From NCBI GenBank assembly GCA_964016885.1, contig OZ024740.1:147312001-147376000 (forward strand): DNA of 64,000 bases, given 5' to 3'. Shown piece by piece: positions 54,510 to 64,000 of the stretch (the first letter of the stretch is position 1; each line of letters starts with the position of its first letter). Origin of the DNA: Eledone cirrhosa. Its lineage: Eukaryota. Below the pieces are notes generated by a model, which did no database searches, was not told the origin of the DNA, and was given only the letters and a program-made list of their open reading frames with translations. A program made the translations under genes and the position numbers.

Positions 54510-55785
54510 GGCAAGCTCAGCGCCTATGCTAGTGAATAAGGAGGTAGCCCTAGGGCCGAGGACACCAGAAGTCTCCACTGCCAAGGGTACGACCGCAAAC
54601 CTGACGGAGAGCGACCGGTATTTGGAGAGTTTGGCCTCCTCAGCCTGACATGCAGCAGAACCTGGGTTAGTCGCAGACTGCACCAGGTTGCGGCTGGAGA
54701 AAGTGTCGCTGCAAGTGGCATCCCAGACGAGGGGTTTGCCACCGCTGAACGGGAAGATGGTCATGCCGTCTGGCTTTTTGCCGTCCCCTTGGTCCAGCCC
54801 CACCGGCTCGAGCTGGGAAGGGAAGCCTTCAGCGTCCAAGCCATGCTTTATGACCTCGTTGAGGGCAGCATGGCGTGGAAGGCGGCCAGCACCGTGGCGA
54901 CAGGAAAGCGGGTGGAGGCCGAAAGGGTCCACGGTGGATTTACAGCGACATTGGTGTGACTCGCAGATCCGGAGGCCAAGCCTCAAGGAAACGCTGATGC
55001 GCAGGCTATTGTTATCGAGCTGCGTGCCAGTGGAGAAGGAGGGCAAGGCATGGAGCCAGGCACCACTGTGGGGTTTAGAGGTCGCACAAAAACAGGCAAG
55101 GCGGTGCTGGTCGAGCTGACGCGTGAGCCTATCGGAGGCCAGGCTGCACTGGATGGCATCCCAAATGCTTTGTGGGGGACTTGACGTCAGATGGGGGAGA
55201 AGGAGGAGGGACGTCTACTAGGCTAAGTCCCAGCCTGTCCCACATCTCACAGGCGGCCTCACGTTCCCTTATCACATAAGGTTCCATTGTGTTTTGGAGA
55301 ACCCTGCTGACGAGGACGCGGCATGAGGTTACCGACGAAAGAAACGCCGGCAAAGCCAGGGAGATCGTGGACTGGAGACCAAGGCCACCATATCTGACAG
55401 CTAAAGTAGCCTGTTGCCATCCAATGTCGTCAAACTTGACGTTGCATATCTCCTCGGCTGCCGCTTGGATACAAGTATCGAGGTCAGCAAGGAGAGATGC
55501 GTGGGTGTAGCACGGAGCGCTGCGAAGGGTATAGAGGAGCTTCGGCATGGCGAAGCAGTTCCTCAACAGAAAGAGAGCTGGGTGGCCGTTGATCAAGCCC
55601 AGTCGGCTCGTGAGGGTCTGGAGATGTTGGAGCCTGGACCTGATGGTGGAGCGGGTGTCTGGCGGGTGGATCGGTGACCCGTGGATGAGGACATCCTCTT
55701 TGGGAGTCACCTGAACCTGGTGGAGAATGGACCGCACGTCAGAGACGGATGCTGCAAAGCTCTCAGCATCGTGGCTGACATTCAC
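54510..55785 (-). mobile_element. CRE-clade non-LTR fragment (RT C-terminus + RLE)
   Basis: ORFs 55129-55854 (LFLLRNCFAMPKLLYTLRSAP...QATLAVRYGGLGL) and 54441-55046 (RHAALNE, KPDG, WDATC, VPLAVETSG). Confidence 0.87.
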
Positions 55786-56152
55786 ACCTCCGTTCAGCGG
55801 TGACAAACCCCTCGTCTGGGATTCCACTTGCAGCGACACTTTCTCCAGCCGCATACTGGTGCAGTCTGCGACTTATCCAGGTTCTGCTGCACGCCGGGCT
55901 GATGTGGTCAAACTCTCCAAATACTGGTCGCTCTCCTACATGTTTGCAGTCGTACCCTTGGCAGTGGAGACTTCTGGTGTCCTCAGCCCTAGGGCTACTT
56001 CACTACTCACCACCTTAGGCGCTGAGCTGGCCAGCCGCAGGTGTGAGCCCCGCGAGTTACAATGGCTCTTCCAGCGCGTCTCCCTTGCCGTCCGCCGGGG
56101 AAACGCCTTCTCCATTCTCTCCGCCGGGGCTGTGGGGAGGCCATCAATATGA
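55786..56152 (+). mobile_element. CRE 3' end in opposite orientation, abutting the previous fragment
   Basis: PFSGDKPLVWDSTC...VPLAVETSG...LFQRVSLAVRRGNAFSIL. Confidence 0.87.
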
Positions 56153-56399
56153 TTGACTGACTTGTCATTTTATCAGTCATAATTATGATTTCAATGTCTA
56201 CCCATTTAAAGTTTTTCTGTACATATATGCTTTAATTCCATCAGTGAAATTACGACATGGTTAACTGAGAATTGCATCCGTAAAAACGTCCTATACCTTA
56301 CTACCACTTGCTTTCATAAAAACACAGACACATCGCACACACACACGAAATAGTTATTGAAACAAGAGAATAATAGACCCTTCAAAGGAACCCCATTTA

Positions 56400-59210
56400 G
56401 GCCGCTTGTATTCGCGATGGTATTCTTTCGGACTTTACCTAAGATTTATGACTATAGGCAAGAGTTGACACGTATACCGAATTGAAGACAGCGACTTTGG
56501 ATTTTACCCCTACCTCCCTTTTGATGATTGAATGCTGACTTGGCGCAATGCTTGAACTTAATTCAGTCTACTGCCTTCCACCACTCGTGAATACGGCACC
56601 GAGATACTTGAACTTCAGTAGAACTTCCTCACATGTAGAGTGCACAGCGCAGGGTTCCTTGAGAAGACGAGTGTTTAAGTTATCGCAGCACTGATTATCA
56701 TTCCATCCGTGCAGCACTCGGCAGCAAACCTATCAAGTGCATGTCGGAGATCACTTTCTAACGAGTTAAGTAATGCCATGTCGTCTAAATTTCCAGTTGA
56801 CTGTTCCTACACACGCCAATCATGATTTCACTTCCAACCTGGCTGCGCGTGTCAATCCTATCCTTGAACATTATGATCATGAGTAGTGACAGTACGCACC
56901 TTTGGTGGAGTACGGCACCCATATTGAATGGTTTCCATGTAGCACTATTTATCTGAACGCAAATACTAGGTGATTCGTATAGAGACATCAGGGCAACAAG
57001 AAGCTGACCATCGGTCCCATACTTCTGCACAACCTTCCAAAGCAGATCGCGTGGAACACAGTCATATACCTTTTCGACATACTCCCACGATTTCTCAAAG
57101 GCCTGCCACAGTGAGAATATTTGGCTGTTTGTACTGCATTCACGGTGAAAATCACATTATTCGTCAACTAGCTTGGACTCGACAATCTCTCTTCACCTCT
57201 TTGCCAGACACACAGCATATATTTTACCGAGGAGGCTGAATAAAGAGATCCCTCTATAATAGGAGAATTCTCTCATGTCTCACGTTTAGAAAATTGTGGT
57301 TATCATTCTCAATTGCCATTATTTAGGTGCCTTTTCAGAGATCCTGGCGCCCCGGAACACACGAATCTATTTAAAGCTTTTTACATATTGGGTGAAATGT
57401 CATCCTCTCCGGTGATCTCGTAATATTTGAGCTCTTTGATTACTCTTATGTCCTCAACCTCCGGGTGATTCAGAAGATGTCGTTGTGACCGGGTTTTGGA
57501 GATCAGCAAAGTATTGTCTCCACTTCTCAAGGATTCACCTATCTGAAGAGGGAAATCCCAAATAGCATTCCTGATAGCAGGCATAGAGGAGGACTTCTTA
57601 TTACGAAGTCGGCGTATGATCTGCCAGAAGTCTCTATTCTAGCTTATCTCCAAAGTCCTCCTTTGTCTTAAGGGAGGATGCCTCTGCTGCGATTTTTCGC
57701 GCCTGCTTGTACAACAAGTGCACGAAGGAGGACTTATTTGCTCGGATGGTATCTTCGATCTTTTGATTGAACCAAGTGGTTCTCCTGCCACCCGGCGTCA
57801 CACTAAGCTGCTTTCACCTGCATCATTTAACAGCTGAAGAAGAAACTGCCGATTTAAACAGTCTCCTCTCCATTTCAACGCCCCCAGTTTGCTCAGGGAG
57901 TTCTCTGAATTTGGATACAATAGCATCGGTATACCTGTTCCTGACTTCCTTATCCGACAGCGCCTCCCTCTTTATCCTATTGTCGAGTTGGACCTGCAAG
58001 ATTTGAGATCTTTCTTGGTGATCAGTTGACAGCTCAGCCCCTCTCTTAACACCAACATTCAGCACAGAATCGAAAGGATCCGAGACAATAACAGAATCAA
58101 CTATCGATCTCTGAGACCTTGATTCGCCTTATACCATATATATTTATGGATGTCATTGTGCTGGAAGAAGGTATTCATAACAGGGAGCCCATGACTAGAA
58201 CAGGAGTCGAATAAGGCCTCCCCATTCGTATTTAAATCGATATCGCCATTCCTTCCAATCACTCCTTTCCATGTCGGATAGTCAGTGCCAAAATGTGCTT
58301 TGAAATCTTCCATTAAGATATATGACTCAGTCATAACTACATCTAATGCAGCAATGACTTCATCAAGGAAAGATCTGATTCGCACTCTGTTTGGCGCATA
58401 AAATTGCACCGTTCACAAACCTTTCTTTCAACCCAAACTTAAGGAGGCACATCCTCCCTCCCAATGTGATTCAGTCCATAACACATTCTGATAGCCGAGG
58501 TCTTGTGAGTACCCCTACTCAGGTCTGAGCAGTACTATTTTGGTGCCACGTCTGAATAGTGGACTTTCCATACTCCATCAAAATCTACAGTAACTGAACC
58601 AAGGGACGCAGTTGAGGGAACCCTGACTATATCTAGCCGATAGCATTTGACCTCCTTTTCAATTTCCCGTCCCCGGCATGTAAGGGTTGTAACGATTCAG
58701 TTACCAATCGTCAAAGACTTATCCCTTCCGGACCCTCTTTGGGCCCTCAGGATACGTAACCTTTGTGCGTCCATTCACATTTCCCAGAATAGATCGCCGG
58801 CCCGTCGCCAGTTCTTGCAGTATTGGATGCAATATATTTTTCGAAAAGGTGCCTGTAATCTCGCGCAAAGGACGATGCGGTATAAATGCCTTTACTGTTT
58901 CCGACCATATTGCAGTTTCTTTTTCTGGTCTTATTCTGGCCAGTAATCAATTTGGTACTTTTATCCATGGCACGAAGACTAGGCTTTTCTAGAAGCGCCC
59001 TTTCGCGCCCCGTCGTAGCTACATTGCTGGATTGGGAGTGAGCTAACAGTGTCACCCATTGCTTCATCTTCTGAAGAAGTTTACCGCTGTTGGTCCAGTG
59101 TTGCTTATTTGTCCGACAGAAGCCTTCTTATATCACAACTAACCAACATATCTGGTGGCCATATCGTTATCCGCCACACACTACCCATTCTCGAGCCGAA
59201 CAGCTCTTCC
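56400..59210 (-). mobile_element. Heavily decayed RTE-clade LINE (second lineage)
   Basis: Fragments include VIGRNGD.DLN.NGE...C...GL.VMNTFFQH..IHKY.W, VKRGAELSTDH, a Q..VLS (RT) remnant and FKYLG. Confidence 0.75.
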
Positions 59211-59369
59211 GAGATCAAGTTTACAATCATTTTTATTAATTATTTCACACTTTCAAAATTTTTTTATCCATTATTTCACTTATTGTTTTTAAATTTTTCC
59301 TAATATCAAGCTTTAAATATTCCTCAAGTTTTATTCAATTCATGCACTCATGAGTTTTATATCGAATAA

Positions 59370-59562
59370 TAATTGTTTCTACTTTTGGCACAAGGCTAGC
59401 AATTATCCCAGTGCATTACTGGTACTTTATTTTATCGACCCCGTAAGGATAAAAGGCAAAGTTAACCTCGGCGGGATTTGAACTCAGATCATAAAGGGCC
59501 GTAACTCTATGCTGCAAAGCATGGCGTCCGACCCTCTACCGATACTGCCAATCCACCGCCTT
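59370..59562 (-). mobile_element. SINE (family A), full length and young-looking
   Basis: Clean reverse-complement copy, flanked by TATCGAATAATAAT and TATCGAATTATAAT. Confidence 0.88.
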
Positions 59563-59729
59563 ATCGAATTATAATGATATTCCACTGGTTTGCAAGTAAA
59601 CAACCTCGTTACCCTATGTTATTTAGATGATCATCACCATCCTTTTGTTCTAGCGGTGGCAGTGAGAAACAATCGACAATAATATTGTTTCCGGGTTATT
59701 GCCCTTTGTCAAGATTGTGTATCTCTCAC

Positions 59730-60272
59730 CTGTCACACACTAGAACTCTTAACAATATATAGTATTCTCTAAAGCATATATCAGTGATTAGCCTAATTTG
59801 TATACCGAGCCCTTTTACGGCTGGTTTTGACGAACATTAATAACAAAATTAGAATTTGGTTTTTCGCTCTAGCATAGCAGATATATAAATGTTTTCGTGA
59901 GTTTTAGATCAAATCATAATAATATTCGATTCGTTTGCAAGCAAACATCTTCATTATGCTATGTTTTTAGATGACCATCAACATCATTTTGTTCTAGCGG
60001 TGGAACAATCTAGTGAAATAATCGACAATAATATTAAAACAGCACAATGAAGCTGTTTGCTTGCAAACGAATCGGATATTATTATAATTCGATATAAAAC
60101 TCACGGATGCATTTACGTATCTGCTATGTTAGAGCAAAAAAACAAATTCTAATTTTGTTTTTAATTTTTGTCAAAGCCAGCCGTAAAAAGGCTCGGTATG
60201 CATTTTTGGCTAATCAGCTGATGTATACTTTAGAGAATACTATATATTCTCAAGAGTTCTAGTGAGCGACAA
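59730..60272. repeat. Imperfect inverted repeat with ~230-bp arms
   Basis: CACTAGAACTCTT...CGTTTGCAAGCAAACA (59738-59966) pairs with TGTTTGCTTGCAAACG...AAGAGTTCTAGTG (60036-60266). Confidence 0.8.
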
Positions 60273-60599
60273 ATTCTAATTTCAATTAAATTCAATTTAA
60301 TTTAAATATTTTTTAAATTATAAAACACACACATATACACATACATAATTACACCACTGACACATGCACGCATACAAACACACATGCAACTGCAACAAAA
60401 AAAACAAAAAAAAACATACACAGAGACAAAAGAGGAATTGAATATTTACATTTCGAAGTTTAAAATTTTATTAAGTTGCAAAACGAAAAATATTAAGGGT
60501 TACAGATGAAATGAGAACTTCACAACTCTAGTATAATAGAAATAGGACACAAACAAAGAGAGTCCCGAGGATTGGAGGCGAAGAACAAATGGCAGAAGA

Positions 60600-62306
60600 T
60601 GTGTAAGAACTGCCTACTGCATGGCAGCATTTCCCCACAATGATAACGAAAGGCACCTAAAGATTAAAACAGAGGTAACAGTGAAAGAAAGGGGAAGTAA
60701 TCATTTTGCTGATGTAGGTGCGATGAACAAAATATGCTCTCGCTGTCGTGTGTTCCTATTCCCTGGAGAACCTGCCAATTCCTGCTGCATGAAGAGAAAG
60801 GTAAGTATTGGCAATTTGCAACCTCTACCTAATGGGCTTGTCCATTTATGTAGCAGCGATGACACCATAGCACCGGATTTCGGGAAGAGCATCAGACAGT
60901 ACATTTGCCTCTTCTAAATGACATGTTTTGGGGGGCAAGGAAATCATTCTGTCGAAGAATCCTTTTGGATCGCACTTTTCATGTTGCATGCAGTAAAAGT
61001 GACTATTTTGGCGGAATTTTAACCAACCATTTTCTGTGGCGATTTCCGATAGCTTCAACCGGATTTGAAACTAGGAAATGACGCTGATGTGGAGAAATTA
61101 TGCATAAAGAATGTTTATTTATGGAGAAGTTTCATGAAGTTTCAACCGAAGAAAACATGAGGGAGTTCTTATTGAATATCAGAGAGAACAAAATTCGGAA
61201 AGATGAAATGATGAAATCAGTTTACCTGAAGATATGGTTTTGCTAACAAAAGCTATGGAAAAATCTATCCGACATTCGACAATCATGCAGAACCCTACTC
61301 TAAGAATTGAATCTTGATTCCTCTCAATAATAATATAAGAACAATCAATTCAGAATCACGAAAGAGCATTGTTCATTCAATAACTTGAGTGAAGGAGCTT
61401 ATGTCACTCATTCTCCAACGGAATTACCACACCAAAGACTGGAAATGAAGATATCTCAATAAGACACATGACCCCTTCAAGGCTTTCCAATGTCACGCGG
61501 ATGATCGTGCACGAAAATATAATTATAGAAAGAAATATTAATGCATTAATAAATGACACTGGTGATTCCTAGAATTACGTTCAATAAGAGAAAATGTACC
61601 TCTTTAGTTGAGGCAGTTCAAGGCACAGTCGTACTTGGCGATTACTACAAAAATGCAGTCAATAGATAATGTACTAATTTATTTTGAGAAAACAGTATTC
61701 TAGTATGGTCAGCTTTATGTGAGTTTAAACCGGAGAAAAGGAATGAAAATGTTAACGTATTTTTGTAGGATGGCATGCCTGCTAGAAATGTTGCCATTGA
61801 AAGCATTATCCCTAAAAAGGCTAGGGCGTGTGCTTGTCTTTTTCTTCTTCAAGATGTTTTCTTCTTTAATATCCAAAGCAATATCAATGCCATCGAGGAC
61901 AATGCATTAATGTTTTTCATGCATTTAAAAGATAATTATTATTTGAATAATTCCTATTAAAGAGGTCCAGTTTACCGAAAATTAGTAATATCAAATATGT
62001 AAATATATCGTCGACCTTTTCAACTTTTACACCAAGAAGAACGATATGAAATTGACAAAGACATCCCAGATAGGAGCTTCCAGTTTCCTTCGTGATACGG
62101 TATACCCATAACTGCAAGGGTTTCTGTTTGCGGGATTCAAGATGGAGTGGATCACATATTATAAAAAGGTGCATCAATATTACAAATAATGTAAACACTC
62201 ACTCTGATATAATAAATCCATACAAAATTACTTTGATTCTCATTCAATAAACTGGTAATGAGTTCAGTGCATTATTTACTGGGCAACACCTGATAGCAAG
62301 TCTAGT
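60600..62306 (+). mobile_element. Decayed Helitron (RepHel remnants)
   Basis: GAMNKICSRCRVFLFPGE...CC.K.KV resembles the Helitron N-terminal Cys motif. Pif1-helicase remnants include IPRI (~61565) and GQLYVSL.R (~61706). A 3'-end-like GGGCAACACC...CTAG|T lies at 62281-62306. Confidence 0.65.
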
Positions 62307-62561
62307 CTCGACTATTTGATTGTTTCTATGTCCCCACGTTCATATACATACATAATGGCTGCAACTCGATTTCGAGTAATGCCATCGCATTATACTTAAG
62401 CATGAGCATCATGGACGTGGCTTTTTAGTCCTACTAGGGACTTGCTTATGGCCAGCCATGTCATGCATCACAAAATATGTCACATATCAAGCGATGCCTG
62501 TGCTTGAAGCTTTTTTAAGTGAGAAAATACATATATACATACATACATACATACATATATG

Positions 62562-62653
<92 letters not shown>

Positions 62654-62932
62654 CGTGCATGTGTATTGCCGTTCTCGTTACTCAGATTATTTTCTAAATT
62701 CTTTTACTGTTTAATCAGGTAGAGTAAGGCAGTGCCCATGATTCTTTTCAGTGTCTCTGAGACTGATAGAACGGTGGCTGTAGGGTGGAAATTATCCTCA
62801 AACTGGGGATCTAGTCCGAATGCTTGTAACTTGTAACAGAAGACCAAGAGTTAAATCGCACAACAGGTTAAGTTTAAGCCAAATACGGAGTATGTAGGAA
62901 GTGATTCGCTGAACAGCGATACATGCTGCAAT

Positions 62933-62977
<45 letters not shown>

Positions 62978-63346
62978 AATAATCTCAGCCGACAGCAACG
63001 CCCTCACGTGTATTATTAGATGCTTCACATTCCGCTAGCTGATGCTACTTCCTTTTCTGCTTCCTTTGTATCTTTCTATTTATTCCCAGACACACCTATA
63101 CAGCTAAACCAAATTCCCCACGCTTACTTTCATAAACATTATCAGTGAGATATAATTACTTAATATATTCATTGATCCTTTGTTTGTTTCATTTCTTTTC
63201 TTTTCTCCGCCTTATTTTTCCTTCCTATATATTTAAAACGTTATTTTGTTCACGTGACAACTAACGTGGTGACTTGTTTCTATCAAGGCTCCTCCCCCAC
63301 CTGTGTTATTTTCATTGGAAAATGTAGCGTGTTTATACACACACAA

Positions 63347-63489
<143 letters not shown>

Positions 63490-64000
63490 AACACTCTAAA
63501 TTTTTCAATGAAAATAACACACGAGTGAAAGAACGCATGCCTATTACCTCGTGACTAGCTAGATCTCTTGGTGTTGGTTGACGGGCTGGATGTTTGGCTG
63601 GCTGGCTGTTCTGATTGGCACCTCTCATTCGCAATATCTTCCTCATATAGGAGCAGGACTTATAAGAGAGGCAAGTTTAGCCGGTACATCGGTTCAGAAT
63701 CTTCAGTCAATCAAGGAGAGAACTATAAATAATTGAAACCTAACACCCCTCTTGAATTTTGAAGAAGGCCCTCCCGGAAAATTACCAGAGTCCTTAGGGC
63801 GTCGGATTAAATGCCTCGGTATTCTGGCCCACTGCGTTCTGAGTTCAGATCCAGCCATGGCTAACTTTGCCTTTCATCCTTTCGAGAAAGATAAATACAG
63901 TACCAGTCCAATATTCGGGTCCATTCTGCCTCTATCATTCTTTGTCTGTCTCTCTCTCCTTCCTTTTATAAAATAAATCGGTTGTGTTCAGACCTGGAGA

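Noticed and set aside
61917-62198. 93-aa minus-strand ORF with a hydrophobic N-terminus
   Set aside because: It lies inside the decayed Helitron tail, starts at GTG and has no splice or homology support.
63546-63646. Minus-strand ATG-initiated segment ending at GAG|gtaata
   Set aside because: It could be an exon (possibly 5' UTR), but I found no recognisable product or partner exon.

Overview
This is AT-rich, repeat-dense eukaryotic (animal) genomic DNA. The SINE/LINE content and the (TA)n/(CA)n/(ATGT)n microsatellites look like an octopod cephalopod, which is my inference. A 200-N scaffold gap lies at 22299-22498. Two host genes can be supported. The first is the terminal coding exon of a mitochondrial class-1 release factor (MTRF1/MTRF1L-like) at 3178-3457 (+). 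The second is a 10-exon gene on the minus strand (49855 to 18213) that the ORF track shows only as scattered fragments. I rebuilt it by hand with all nine GT-AG introns phase-compatible. It gives a 468-aa type I membrane protein: signal peptide, two tandem 12-Cys helical modules (DUF19/T20D4.11-like), a Thr-rich stalk, one TM helix and a cytoplasmic tail with LPPY and PPPY motifs. The rest is mostly transposons: a nearly intact full-length RTE LINE (one in-frame TGA, with a 35-bp antisense copy of its own start region at the 5' end), Penelope-like elements with inverted arms and hammerhead-like motifs, Tx1/L1-clade copies in (TCTA)n tracts, CRE-clade fragments, a deleted mariner, a decayed Helitron, tRNA-derived SINEs and many foldback hairpins. 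All calls come from reading the sequence; no searches were run, and repeat boundaries are approximate.
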